The translations under genes and the position numbers were made by a program. Shown piece after piece: positions 46,532 through 56,143 of a DNA stretch of 64,000 nucleotides. Source of the stretch: Polyangiaceae bacterium (GTDB taxonomy: Bacteria; Myxococcota_A; Polyangia; Polyangiales; Polyangiaceae); NCBI GenBank assembly GCA_036503835.1, contig DASXWF010000331.1:251-64250 (forward strand), in the 5' to 3' direction. Position 1 is the first letter of the stretch. The number at the start of each line of letters is the position of its first letter. Below the pieces are notes generated by a model that saw nothing but the letters and a program-made list of their open reading frames with translations, searched no databases and had not been told where the DNA came from.

Positions 46532-46732
46532 TCAGGCGGCCTTCACTCGCGTCCAGCCGGAGCGGAGGAACTGGTGGAGCCTGCCGGCGGCGTACTCGCG
46601 ACCGAACTCGGTCGACTTGCCGTCGTGGGTCGTGACTCGCGTGGTCTGGAAGTCGGCCAGGAGCTCGAAGCTCATCGTGCGGCCGTTGTGGCGGTTGATG
46701 ATGGTGGTCCTGGTGGCTGCGGCGTTCGTCAT
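46532..46732 (-). CDS. First early-left protein (probably leaderless mRNA)
   Basis: ATG a few nt after the -10 of the leftward promoter; followed by a long GC hairpin at about 46491-46532. Confidence 0.65.
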   Translation of the reverse strand: MTNAAATRTTIINRHNGRTMSFELLADFQTTRVTTHDGKSTEFGREYAAGRLHQFLRSGWTRVKAA

Positions 46733-46737
46733 GTCCT

Positions 46738-46771
46738 AGTTATGCCGATTGGCATTGCGTATGTCAAACGG
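46738..46771 (-). promoter_or_regulatory. Leftward early promoter with operator
   Basis: TTGACA-17 bp-CATAAC; operator ATGCCGATTGGCAT at 46742-46755. Confidence 0.85.
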
Positions 46772-47102
46772 CATAGTGCCTACCCGGTGACGATTTTTCG
46801 GAAGGCGCAGAAATCACGCCTCAATAGTCACCCTGTGATCGCGGCTGTCCGACCTCCGGTTGCCGGGCCTAAGCGTTTTGGGGTATGCGCCGGGGAGCAC
46901 TTAGTGACGAAAGGGGTAGGTGGTGGGGATACCTTGGAGCCCGTGGGGCAAAGCACTGCCAGTGGTCAGCGTGTCATCGCTGGCCGGTGGCGAGATAAGA
47001 GCCAGCGTCTACGAGCGCACGAAAAAGGGCCACCGGCTGGCGGTGACCCTGAGCGGCTCGAGAAAGTGGGTGTCTGAGCGCCTGATGGCGCTTGGGCTCA
47101 GC

Positions 47103-47441
47103 TTAGGTGCGGGTCTTGCCCTTGGGGGAGGGCGGCTCCGTCATCGTCACCGTGGGCCCGTTCTCGCCGAAAACCGGCCCCTCGCCAGTGGCCAGCCAAA
47201 CGAGTGAGACCCGCGTCGCCTCAGCAATGCGGATGAGAGAGTCAGCTGTGACGCTCACGAGCCGCTCACCGGTCTCGTAGCGCGAGATCGAGGACTGGTT
47301 CACGCCGGAGCGCTCGGCGAGATCCACCTGCGACCAACTGTACAGGCCGCGGGCGAACTTGATGCGCCTCGGAAGCTCCTCAAGTTTCGGATTTAGCTCG
47401 CGTTCGCTCGGGGCCTCGTCCGTGGTGTCGGTGCTTGCCAT
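47103..47441 (-). CDS. CI-like XRE repressor
   Basis: RIKFARGLYSWSQVDLAERSGVNQSSISRYETG, VSLVWLATGEG. Confidence 0.88.
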   Translation of the reverse strand: MASTDTTDEAPSERELNPKLEELPRRIKFARGLYSWSQVDLAERSGVNQSSISRYETGERLVSVTADSLIRIAEATRVSLVWLATGEGPVFGENGPTVTMTEPPSPKGKTRT

Positions 47442-47480
47442 GGCGGCTATTCCACTAGACATGGGCACCATCCGCTAATT

Positions 47481-47514
47481 CCGTTTGACATAGCCAATGC
47501 CGATTGGCATAACT
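47481..47514 (+). promoter_or_regulatory. Rightward early promoter with operator
   Basis: TTGACA (47485-47490)-17 bp-CATAAC; operator ATGCCGATTGGCAT at 47497-47510. Confidence 0.85.
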
Positions 47515-47519
47515 GCCGG

Positions 47520-47762
47520 GTGGCTGGAGAAAGAGAAACCGCCGGGTCCGTCGAGATGCGACGGGTGACCGCTGGAAAAACCGATACGGAGCTGGCGACC
47601 CTCCTGGGCGTTGACCAGTCGACCGCCAACCGCTGGAGGAACGGCGTCCGGATTCCGGACGCAGACCGGTGGCGGGACGTCATCAGTGACCGGCTTGGCA
47701 TCGATCCGGCCCTGTGGCGCCAGCCGCCCCCGGCCGCACCCGAGGAGCCAGCGGCCCAATGA
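47520..47762 (+). CDS. Cro-like HTH protein
   Basis: TELATLLGVDQSTANRWRNGVRIP; divergent from repressor. Confidence 0.82.
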   Translation: MAGERETAGSVEMRRVTAGKTDTELATLLGVDQSTANRWRNGVRIPDADRWRDVISDRLGIDPALWRQPPPAAPEEPAAQ

Positions 47763-48520
47763 CCGACCTGGCCATCTTCGAGTTCTCCGGCCGCAAGGTC
47801 AGGACCGCGGGCACCCATGAGGCGCCGCTGTTCTGCGCGGAGGATGTCTGCGGTGTCTTGGAGATCGTCAGCTGGCGCGATGCCGTGAATCGGCTGCCCC
47901 AGGGCGACGTCGAGATTGTGTCGGTACAACGCGAATCCAGCAAGAAACGTGCGGCATTCGTCACCGAGGCTGGTCTCTACAAGCTCATCATGCGGAGTCG
48001 AAAGCCGCAGGCCGAGGCGTTCGTCGAGTGGGTCACGGGCGAAGTGCTCCCCGCGATTCGTCGCAAGGGTTACTACTCGGCACTCGAAGCCGACCAGGAT
48101 CGCCAGACCGAGCGCTTGCTTGCGGAATGCTTCCCGCACCTGCCGAGCAAGTCGGCCCCGATCTTCCGTGAGTTGATCTCGGCGCTGGTTCGCCTGCGAC
48201 GCTCGAACGAAGCCGCCAACCCGCCTTGGGCGCGCACGCTCGCCCGGCTCGTCTACGGCTGGGCCATCCGCGTCGATGGCGAGCAATCGGCGAGGCGAGC
48301 AAGGAACCCGAGCCCCAATGGCTCGCACGTCGACCACTCGATGTTCTCCGACGTCGCAACGGAAGCCGTGAAGCGCGTCGTCCACACGGGCACCGACTTC
48401 GCGCGTGTCTCGACGAGTTGGGACGACTGGAAGCTCAAGATGGAACTGGCCTTCGGAAGCAAGGCCATTCAGCTGCCGATGATGGTGCAGCTCCGCGCGT
48501 TGCCCGGGGGCCGCTCCTAA
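47759..48520 (+). CDS. BRO-N antirepressor with P63C-like C-terminus
   Basis: FCAEDVCGVL, TEAGLYKLIMRSRKPQA, EVLPAIRRKGYY. Confidence 0.88.
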   Translation: MTDLAIFEFSGRKVRTAGTHEAPLFCAEDVCGVLEIVSWRDAVNRLPQGDVEIVSVQRESSKKRAAFVTEAGLYKLIMRSRKPQAEAFVEWVTGEVLPAIRRKGYYSALEADQDRQTERLLAECFPHLPSKSAPIFRELISALVRLRRSNEAANPPWARTLARLVYGWAIRVDGEQSARRARNPSPNGSHVDHSMFSDVATEAVKRVVHTGTDFARVSTSWDDWKLKMELAFGSKAIQLPMMVQLRALPGGRS

Positions 48521-49048
48521 ATGTCCGCCTCCCCTGTCACCCCCGTGGCCCCTCCACACCCTGCGCCAGCGGACCATCCCGCTACGGCCGATGCGCGGAG
48601 TGTTCAGCCGGCGATTGGCCAGCTCTGGCGCTCCAGCACCGGCAGCGTTTACCGAGTCACGAGCATCGACCTCTCGCTCACGGGTGATTGCGCCTACCTC
48701 GTCCTCGTCGAGTCGCCCAGCTGGACCGAGGCGCACATCTGGACCGACCTCACCTGGTTCGGCCGTTGCGCCACATTCCTCCGCCCCACCTTCCGCGCTG
48801 GCGACCACATCCACCACGCTCCGACGGGCGAGGACTGGCTTCTCGCTGCCGATGAGCACGAAGGGCGCGTCATCTGCTGCGCCTGGCCTGAAGCGCTCGG
48901 CAACGCGTCCGACTGCACGCTCGTTCGCGCCGTTTCGGATGAGGACCACGTGAAGGTTCTGCGCGCGGTGGCCGAGCACGATGGGCTGCGCGGGGTTTGG
49001 GCGCGGCGGGATTTGGCGGCGATCGAAGCTCGGAAGGGGGTTGTGTAG
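48521..49048 (+). CDS. Hypothetical protein
   Basis: Operon-contiguous ORF. Confidence 0.55.
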   Translation: MSASPVTPVAPPHPAPADHPATADARSVQPAIGQLWRSSTGSVYRVTSIDLSLTGDCAYLVLVESPSWTEAHIWTDLTWFGRCATFLRPTFRAGDHIHHAPTGEDWLLAADEHEGRVICCAWPEALGNASDCTLVRAVSDEDHVKVLRAVAEHDGLRGVWARRDLAAIEARKGVV

Positions 49049-49375
49049 ATGCAACCGAGCGACCTTGGCTTCTACGGCGTGCGCATTGCTGATCGCTTCG
49101 CCGTTGGCCCTATCGACGACCCGCAAGTCTACGAGGTCGAGTCGCTGTCGGGACCCGACCCGCAGTACCCGATCGTGCTCAAGAAGATCGGGCTCAGCGC
49201 GGAGAACGAGCGGGCTTGTCGCCAGTTCTTCGACGACAACCACGTAGGCTGGGATGGCGACCCTGACTTCGGCGACTTCTCGTCGCCAGAGGCGCTTCGC
49301 CAGCAGTGGCTCGAGCGGCGCATGGAGCAGGAACCTCGTTGGTTCCACCGCTCCGACGTCCGGAGGTCCGCATGA
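49049..49375 (+). CDS. Hypothetical protein
   Basis: Operon-contiguous ORF. Confidence 0.55.
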   Translation: MQPSDLGFYGVRIADRFAVGPIDDPQVYEVESLSGPDPQYPIVLKKIGLSAENERACRQFFDDNHVGWDGDPDFGDFSSPEALRQQWLERRMEQEPRWFHRSDVRRSA

Positions 49376-49686
49376 AGCGCTCTTCTGACTCGCCTGCGGT
49401 GTCCGCTGTGCCATCTGGCGCACTCCATGTCGCTCATGCCTCGCAACATGCTCACGCGCTCGGACCTGTGAAAGTGCGCGAGAAGCGCCGCACGGCTGCG
49501 CAGTGTTTGCGTGACGCGCGAGTGAAGCTCGGCTGGACCATCGGACGCGCTGCCACCAATTTTGGGGTGACCGCCCGCGTCTGGTCAGGCTGGGAACGAG
49601 GCGTGCGCGCTGATGCCGATGCACTGGCGTGGATCGAAGGCGTCGCTCGCGACTTCTCCCCGCCGAGTGAGCGAGGTGCGGCGTGA
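49372..49686 (+). CDS. XRE-family HTH protein
   Basis: LRDARVKLGWTIGRAATNFGVTARVWSGWERG. Confidence 0.75.
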   Translation: MKRSSDSPAVSAVPSGALHVAHASQHAHALGPVKVREKRRTAAQCLRDARVKLGWTIGRAATNFGVTARVWSGWERGVRADADALAWIEGVARDFSPPSERGAA

Positions 49687-49940
49687 AACACATCCCCTGG
49701 CCCGTCCGCGCCATCGAGATCCCGCAGTCCGCTGCCGGTTGCAAGCGCGCGCTCCTTGCTCTCGAAGCTGAGCGCGTCGAGCTCGAACACGTGCGCGATG
49801 CACTGCCGCTGGTCGAGGTTGCCTATCGGACCCGAGTGCTTGCCGACATCACGGCGATCGATCGGCTGAGCGAGAACTTGTGCCGCCTTCGGACGGCGAT
49901 GCGGAACGAAGAGATGCAGATGAAGCGGAGGTGTGCGTGA
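49683..49940 (+). CDS. Hypothetical helical protein
   Basis: Coupled ORF. Confidence 0.5.
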   Translation: MKHIPWPVRAIEIPQSAAGCKRALLALEAERVELEHVRDALPLVEVAYRTRVLADITAIDRLSENLCRLRTAMRNEEMQMKRRCA

Positions 49941-50599
49941 GTAAGCCTGTTTTCTTCTTCTTGCTGGCGCTGAGCTGGTTCGGGAGCGCGTTCTTTGCGC
50001 TGCGGGCCCAGGGCGAACCAGATCGCATAGCCATCGTCCATGGCATGCTTCTGGAGCTCGCGCCGTGGCATGAAGACCTGACCGAGGAGAAGGCCACCCG
50101 CTCCGATCGCTTGCACACCGTGGCCCGCGGCGTCGTTCAGGCGGCCAGCGATGCGACTTGCGCTGACGGCGACCCTGGGTGCATCAAAGCCTTTGGGGGG
50201 GGGCGCGACGAACTCGAGATCCTGCTCGTCACCGCCGCCTGGTGGGAGTCCCGCTTGGCTCGTCACGTTCACGCCGGCCAATGTCGTCCGCACGAGTGCG
50301 ACCGCGGAAAGTCCCGTGGACTGGCCCAGGTCAGGCTGACGAGCGGCGTTCCCCGGGAACTCTGGGAGGCATCCGAGGGCACCGACTACGAAAACACGCT
50401 GGCCTCGATGCGGGCGGCGGCTCACGTCATGTCGCGAGCGCATTGGAAGTGCTTCTCGGGCGACCGCTGGCACAAGGTCTTTGCGGCCTACGGACGAGGC
50501 CACTGCTCGGCGACGCACCAGGTCTACGCGCGGGCATCGTGGTTTCAGCGCAAGCTGGCCGACTATCGCAAGCGCCTCGCGGCGGGAGGGGTTGAGTGA
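49937..50599 (+). CDS. Signal-anchored lysozyme-like/lytic transglycosylase-like protein
   Basis: N-terminal hydrophobic segment; AWWES, DRGKSRGLAQV, FAAYG match SLT motifs I-III. Confidence 0.65.
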   Translation: MSKPVFFFLLALSWFGSAFFALRAQGEPDRIAIVHGMLLELAPWHEDLTEEKATRSDRLHTVARGVVQAASDATCADGDPGCIKAFGGGRDELEILLVTAAWWESRLARHVHAGQCRPHECDRGKSRGLAQVRLTSGVPRELWEASEGTDYENTLASMRAAAHVMSRAHWKCFSGDRWHKVFAAYGRGHCSATHQVYARASWFQRKLADYRKRLAAGGVE

Positions 50600-50922
50600 T
50601 GATCGAGCGCTTCGCCCCCAGCGTCCAAGCCACCATGGCGCCCGCACCCAACGGCCCCTTCGTCCGCTACGCCGACTACGAGCAGTTGGAGTTCCGCGCG
50701 ACGCGAGACCGAGCACTGGCGACTCGGATGCGCGATGCGTTGGCGAAGCTGCAGATCGAGCTGGATGCGCTGGCGAATGCGAAGCCGCGCGCCACCTCCC
50801 CGCTCTGCGCCCCCACCAGCGCCCCAAGCTCAGCTGCGGATGCGTTGACTGTCACGAGGCGAGGAAGCGAGGGCAATTTGGCTGAGAAAGACGTCACGCT
50901 GTTGGGAGGCCGACGTGCCTAA
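50596..50922 (+). CDS. Hypothetical protein
   Basis: NGPFVRYADY; coupled. Confidence 0.5.
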   Translation: MMIERFAPSVQATMAPAPNGPFVRYADYEQLEFRATRDRALATRMRDALAKLQIELDALANAKPRATSPLCAPTSAPSSAADALTVTRRGSEGNLAEKDVTLLGGRRA

Positions 50923-51670
50923 ATCCTATCCGATTGAAGAGCGACTAGAGGCCCACTCCATGCCGGAGCCGATGACTGGTTGCACGCTTTGGATCGGCAG
51001 CTCGACGCCGAAAGGGTACGGCTCCTTGGGGTTCCTTGGTACCACGCGCCCCGCTCATCGGGTGAGCTACATGGTGCATGTCGGCCCAATCCCCGATGGC
51101 CTGCACGTGCTCCACCGTTGCGACACTCCCGCGTGCATCAATCCGGATCACCTGTTCCTCGGGACGAACACTGACAACGTCAGAGACAAGGTTTCGAAAG
51201 GCCGCGCTTCATCGCTGCCAGGCGAACTCCACCCGATGGCACGGCTGACAGCCGAGCAGGTTCTGGATATTCGACATCGACGCCATCGGGGCGAAAACAG
51301 CGCAATGCTGGCGAAAGCATATGGCCTGAGTCGCGGCGGGGTCGCCTGTATTTGCTCGGGTAAAACTTGGACTCACGTTGGCGGACCGCTGACCAAGGGG
51401 CGAGATGTTCTGAAGCTAACCGAGGCCGAAGTCATCGAGCTTCGGCAGCGACGCGCTCACGGCGAAACGTACGCATCGCTGTCCGATCGTTTTGGGATCT
51501 CTGAGATCATGGTCGGCCGCATTTGGACCGGCGCATCCTGGCCACATGTCGGCGGTCCGACGCTCTACAAATCCCCCCACGCCGCCGCCCGAGCCCTCGA
51601 ACGCAAGATCGTCGCGGCGCACAGGAGGTTGGGGAAGTTGATGGCTGGAACGAAAGGACGGAGCAAGTGA
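50915..51670 (+). CDS. HNH homing endonuclease with two C-terminal HTH repeats
   Basis: AHRVSY, VLHRCDTPACINPDHLFLGTNTDN; duplicated LTxxxV...GxxWxHVGGP. Confidence 0.9.
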   Translation: MPKSYPIEERLEAHSMPEPMTGCTLWIGSSTPKGYGSLGFLGTTRPAHRVSYMVHVGPIPDGLHVLHRCDTPACINPDHLFLGTNTDNVRDKVSKGRASSLPGELHPMARLTAEQVLDIRHRRHRGENSAMLAKAYGLSRGGVACICSGKTWTHVGGPLTKGRDVLKLTEAEVIELRQRRAHGETYASLSDRFGISEIMVGRIWTGASWPHVGGPTLYKSPHAAARALERKIVAAHRRLGKLMAGTKGRSK

Positions 51671-52143
51671 GCCGGAGTGGATACGATGACGGTTACGAGT
51701 GCGACGACTTGGACGCCTTGCTTGCGGCCGGTCGCTGGCGGGCCCAACTGCACAGCGCCATGCGCGGCAAGCGCGGTCGGGCCTTGCTGCATGACCTCAT
51801 CGCCGCACTAGACGCGATGCCCGAGAAGCGACTCATCAAAGGCGTCCTGGAGCAGGAAGGTTCCGTGTGTGCGCTCGGGGCAGTCTGCAAGCATCGTGGC
51901 GTGGAATTGCCAGCAATCGCAATCGACGAAGAAAGCTTCGACGACGAGGCGAAGGAGTGGACGGCGGCAATGGGACAAGCTTTGGACATCGCCCCACAGC
52001 TTGCTGCCCACGTGATGTACATGAACGACGAACACCTTCTCTACGACGCAACGCCCGAGAAGCGCTGGCAGACAGTGCGCGACTGGGCACAGCGTGAGCT
52101 GGAGCGAATGGGGAGAGAGCACGAAAGAAAGGTGCAGCGATGA
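51667..52143 (+). CDS. Conserved phage hypothetical protein
   Basis: MSRSGY...RGKRGRALL...ALDAMPEKRLI. Confidence 0.7.
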   Translation: MSRSGYDDGYECDDLDALLAAGRWRAQLHSAMRGKRGRALLHDLIAALDAMPEKRLIKGVLEQEGSVCALGAVCKHRGVELPAIAIDEESFDDEAKEWTAAMGQALDIAPQLAAHVMYMNDEHLLYDATPEKRWQTVRDWAQRELERMGREHERKVQR

Positions 52144-52550
52144 CCCGCTACTACATCAAGCTCGGAAGCGAGGTTCCGTTCGGCACAAGCGAGCATCGGA
52201 TTTCGTACGACCCCGCCGACCTCTCCACCGTCCAAGCCCTCTGGGCCGCCCTACCACCAGACCTTCGGTTGGCGCTGGCGAAGACGGCGCCGAGGGTGGC
52301 AACGGTCGCACGGTTTGAGGGAAAGGAGTCCTCTCATCGGGCAATCACCGTAACGTCTCCAACGTACCCTGGTGCCATCGCCCGAGCCTGGAACGGACAT
52401 GTTGACAAGCATGGCTGGGCAACTGGTCGGTGGCTCTGGTTCGCGTTCGGCGGAGAAAACCACGAGGCAGCTGACGACGCTTCTGCCCTGCGCGCGATCA
52501 GCGCCGCCCTCCGCGCCCAAGGCTACGTGCTCGACGGAGACACGCCATGA
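52140..52550 (+). CDS. Hypothetical protein
   Basis: Coupled ORF. Confidence 0.55.
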   Translation: MTRYYIKLGSEVPFGTSEHRISYDPADLSTVQALWAALPPDLRLALAKTAPRVATVARFEGKESSHRAITVTSPTYPGAIARAWNGHVDKHGWATGRWLWFAFGGENHEAADDASALRAISAALRAQGYVLDGDTP

Positions 52551-52771
52551 CCCGACGTGACTGGCTCATCATCGCGGCCGCGTTGCTCGGCCCATTCGTC
52601 TCTACCGCTTGGTCCTACAAATATTGGGACGCGCTTCGGCACCACATGGCTTGGATTGCTGGCTTGGCAGCCCCGACCGATGGCTCAGGGGTCCTCGCCG
52701 GCATCGTGACCTTTGGGGCCCATGTCTTCGCCGTTGCCTATTACGGCACCAAGAAAGGCTGGTTCCCATGA
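52547..52771 (+). CDS. Small membrane protein
   Basis: Hydrophobic segments; coupled. Confidence 0.5.
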   Translation: MTRRDWLIIAAALLGPFVSTAWSYKYWDALRHHMAWIAGLAAPTDGSGVLAGIVTFGAHVFAVAYYGTKKGWFP

Positions 52772-53103
52772 GCGACCCCAAAACGCGGGCGTTCGAACTG
52801 ATCGATGAGTTGGTCGAACTCTACGGCGTACCCAACACACCGACCGAGGCTGCCCTCCGCCTCGCCATCACCCAAATCCCCACGACCAGCTGGCAGCCGA
52901 TGGAGACGGCGCCCGCATATCCGGAGGCGCACGAGTTCTTGATTTGGCACGCAAGTCACGGCTGCGCGTACATCGTCGAATGGTACAGCGCGCAATTGCT
53001 ACAGGATGACTGCGGCAACCCGATGGACCTGGCCGCGTGCTCCCACTGGGCCCCGCTGACCCCGCCGAAGCAGGAGCTGCCGGAAGATTGGGGGACAGAG
53101 TGA
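52768..53103 (+). CDS. DUF551-like protein
   Basis: WQPMETAP...SHWAPLTPP. Confidence 0.7.
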   Translation: MSDPKTRAFELIDELVELYGVPNTPTEAALRLAITQIPTTSWQPMETAPAYPEAHEFLIWHASHGCAYIVEWYSAQLLQDDCGNPMDLAACSHWAPLTPPKQELPEDWGTE

Positions 53104-53700
53104 GCTGCATCAAAAGTGCCCGAAAGATCGCGTTGGAGTGCGCCGAAAGGCTCGAAACCGAGGCGCGTGGCATGGCAGTCCTTTGCTCGGTCGACGCAAC
53201 GCAAGCGGCGAAGTGGCTTCGCGAGATGGCCGCCGAGATTCGCACGGCATGCGGACCCGAAGACGACAGGGAGGTCGAAGAATGAACGAGCCAGAAAAGT
53301 GCCCGCTCTGCAACGGCGACACCATCCGTTTCCGCGGCACCGGTCTGGACACAGAGAGCTGGCTCTGTCCGAACTGGAATGAGCCGGGCCACCTGCCTGA
53401 ATCAGAGATTCGCAGGCGTAAGCGCGAGGAGATGGCTCACTGGATGCCACCGAGTGGGAGGTTTGCATGACCGACGCCACCATCCTGAAGCGTTGGCGCG
53501 CCCGGTGCGAGAGGCTCACACGCGACAACGACGATCGTCAGTACGGCGCATCCTTTGCTGTTGACCGCACCGAATCCTGCTTCCGCGCTGAGCATGCCGT
53601 GAAGGTGCTGGAGGCCACGCCGGCAACCCTGGTCGACGAGTACCAGCGCGATGGCTTTGACGTGGCCACCCAGTGGCTACGCGAGGAGATGACCCGATGA
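53100..53700 (+). CDS. Three small coupled hypothetical genes (53100-53285, 53282-53470 Zn-ribbon, 53467-53700)
   Basis: GTGA/ATGA overlaps. Confidence 0.5.
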
Positions 53701-54200
53701 CCGACCTAGCAGAGACGATTGAGAGACTGGAGCGCGGGATCCAACACTGGAGCCTGGACGGTCATCTGTCGAAGGCCGCTGCCGAAGCCCTCCTCGCCAC
53801 GGCCCGACGCGTGCAAGCGATGGAGGCGACGCCGTTGGATGGCCGTAAGTTCCTTGAAGAGTACGCGGCCAAGGCGCGCGCATTCGACCTGACCAAAACG
53901 GCTAACGAGATACAGGTCATCCTCGACCTCGCCTCCGACCAGTCCGCAGCGAGGGCACGGGTGGCAGAACTGGAGCGGGCCCTGGATGGCCAGACTTTCG
54001 TTCTGCCAGCCTCCTTCGGCTGGCAAGCCATCGAGACAATTCCTGACGTCGAGAACTGCCAACTACTGGTCCGACACAGTGCTGGCTACTTCGCGTTGAT
54101 CGCCCAGGTTGACGGCGACTGGCTCGACTCTAACGGCGTCGTTGACCTGGAAGACTTCACCCACTGGACGCAGGTGATCGAGCCCGAGGAGACCCCATGA
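53697..54200 (+). CDS. Coiled-coil protein with DUF551-like C-terminus
   Basis: WQAIETIP...FTHW. Confidence 0.6.
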   Translation: MTDLAETIERLERGIQHWSLDGHLSKAAAEALLATARRVQAMEATPLDGRKFLEEYAAKARAFDLTKTANEIQVILDLASDQSAARARVAELERALDGQTFVLPASFGWQAIETIPDVENCQLLVRHSAGYFALIAQVDGDWLDSNGVVDLEDFTHWTQVIEPEETP

Positions 54201-55453
54201 CGCTCTCCCGAGAAGCAGCTGAAGGCGAGCTGGCGAAGGACGAGTTCCTGCGCCGCTTCTCTTACCGCGAAGCCGCGACGCGCACTGAATGCACGCAGAT
54301 GCGCGTGGTGGGCAACCGTCTCCAAATCAAAGCGGCACACGGTTTGGACTGGAGCCACCGGAACCTGTTCGGGCTCGAAGAGGTGCGCGGATACGCCTCT
54401 TGCGATCCCGATCCCAACGGCTGGCCCCGCGCCCTCGCCTACTTCGAGGAGCATTGCAGACGAGAGGCGTTCAACGAACTCGCCAAGCAGGTAGAATGGA
54501 CTCTGCCGGCACCAGAAGCAGGTCGCGTTCTGCTGGCCGGCTCACCAGATCCTGATTGGGATCCGGATGCGGTCGAACCACCCGACTCGCCCGAGCCATG
54601 GCTGTCGCCCGCTGCGCCCGATGGCACAGCCGCCCCCTCCCCAGCAGATGGGCCGGCGAAGGTGTTTGAGAATGAGACGGAGGCATTTGGCCACCTGATC
54701 GCCGGGCCACGAGACTGGCGAGGTAAGCAGGCATACGACTGGCTCAAGCTTCGCGGCGTCGATGTCGAAGGGGTCATGCTCAAGGCGCTGCCCCGAATCT
54801 TGGAACGACTTCCCGCAGAGCAGGTCGTCCAAGCGATGGGGGAGGAGACGCGGAGGGCAATTGGTTCGGCGCTCCAACTGGATCGAATCAGCGATCTGGA
54901 AGACGAGTGCGCAAAAGCCATTCGCGGGAGGCAAGAAGCCCTCGCCCGAGCGGAGAAGGCGGAGGCAAAGCTAGGTTGCACCGTCGACTTTGGGTGCTCC
55001 TACTGCGGGGATGTCGTCTACAGCTTCGTGTTCGGCGACATGGCGAAGACGTTGCGCTCGGAGCACGTCTTCGCCATCCGTGAGCACGCGAGGGCATGCA
55101 AGTCACCTCACCATCCAGAGCGTCGCGCCGAACAAGCCGAACGGGAGAGGGACGAGGCGAGGCGGGAGATCGAGCGATTGCGCACCGGGGCAGTCGCTGG
55201 CGTGTCAGCCAACGTGACCGTGGGAACACCGCCACGCGACGTTCCCTCGCACGCTTTTCGCCACCAAACGAGCCGAGGCACTGACGCTTGGTTCTGGTTC
55301 GGCCACATCAGCTACACCGAGGATGGGCACACATTCATCTCCTGGCCGGCATCCAGCAGCGATGACCTGCCGGCCATGTATCGATCTGCCCTTCGGGAGA
55401 CCCACGCGCCCCTGCCTCCACAAACCAGCAAGGCGGTCACCTACAATGGCTGA
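54197..55453 (+). CDS. Mosaic multidomain hypothetical protein with Zn-binding segment
   Basis: Pro-rich linker, coiled coils, CSYC...HARAC. Confidence 0.55.
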   Translation: MTLSREAAEGELAKDEFLRRFSYREAATRTECTQMRVVGNRLQIKAAHGLDWSHRNLFGLEEVRGYASCDPDPNGWPRALAYFEEHCRREAFNELAKQVEWTLPAPEAGRVLLAGSPDPDWDPDAVEPPDSPEPWLSPAAPDGTAAPSPADGPAKVFENETEAFGHLIAGPRDWRGKQAYDWLKLRGVDVEGVMLKALPRILERLPAEQVVQAMGEETRRAIGSALQLDRISDLEDECAKAIRGRQEALARAEKAEAKLGCTVDFGCSYCGDVVYSFVFGDMAKTLRSEHVFAIREHARACKSPHHPERRAEQAERERDEARREIERLRTGAVAGVSANVTVGTPPRDVPSHAFRHQTSRGTDAWFWFGHISYTEDGHTFISWPASSSDDLPAMYRSALRETHAPLPPQTSKAVTYNG

Positions 55454-55772
55454 GCACCTCGAAGCCGACCAGGTCAACGCGCTCGACGACGCCTACACGG
55501 TCGCTAGGCAGGCGCGTGTCTGCCTAGGTGGCGGCCCACAGGACCTCATGATCCTCGAAGAATGCGCCGAGGCCATCGAGGCACTGAGCGCGCTTCAGAT
55601 CGCGGTCGCCAAGCGCCTCAACCACCGCGGACTGCGCGGCAAGGTCGATGAGGAACTGGCCGACGCGCTGCTCACAGTTCTGGGGGCCATGCCGGCTGAC
55701 TCGGAGGCTTGGGTTTGGCTGCGGGGGAAGACGGAGAGGCTTGGGCGGAGAATCGCGGAGGTGAGCAGATGA
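55446..55772 (+). CDS. MazG-like nucleotide pyrophosphohydrolase
   Basis: EECAE...EELAD all-alpha NTP-PPase motif. Confidence 0.75.
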   Translation: MAEHLEADQVNALDDAYTVARQARVCLGGGPQDLMILEECAEAIEALSALQIAVAKRLNHRGLRGKVDEELADALLTVLGAMPADSEAWVWLRGKTERLGRRIAEVSR

Positions 55773-56143
55773 TCGAAGTCCACGACCGAGAGTCCATCGC
55801 CGCTCTTCTCAGATGCGGCCCGACGCAAGCGGCGAAGCACATGCGCGAGATGAATCATTTTGAGGTCGGAACACCCGGCCGACCCGAGAGTCTGAGAGTC
55901 ACGAGCGAGGAGTTGGAACGATGGTTGCGCGCAAAGAGTTGCCCCAAGGGTTCTATTGGCGAGGCTCAGTCATCTGGGTCCGAACCGACCCAATCGCCGG
56001 AGTCCCCAAGAGCACCGGAGCCCGAACAGTCGACGGAGCTCTCGCCTATCTCGCCGAGCGAGAGCGGGTCAGCGCGAACCCCGTTCACCGCGCCGCGGCG
56101 GAAGCGACGGTCGGCGAGTGGGCCCGAAGGACGTGCGAAATGA
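55769..56143 (+). CDS. xis: Excisionase-like HTH protein overlapping int
   Basis: RESIAALLRCG...LRVTSEELERWL; GGAGG RBS. Confidence 0.65.
   Translation: MIEVHDRESIAALLRCGPTQAAKHMREMNHFEVGTPGRPESLRVTSEELERWLRAKSCPKGSIGEAQSSGSEPTQSPESPRAPEPEQSTELSPISPSESGSARTPFTAPRRKRRSASGPEGRAK

Noticed and set aside
46920-47207. 95-aa plus-strand ORF convergent with cI
   Set aside because: No recognisable motif, overlaps cI, weak coding signal
47447-49744. 765-aa minus-strand ORF
   Set aside because: Antisense shadow of cro/BRO and following genes; expected at high GC, no motifs
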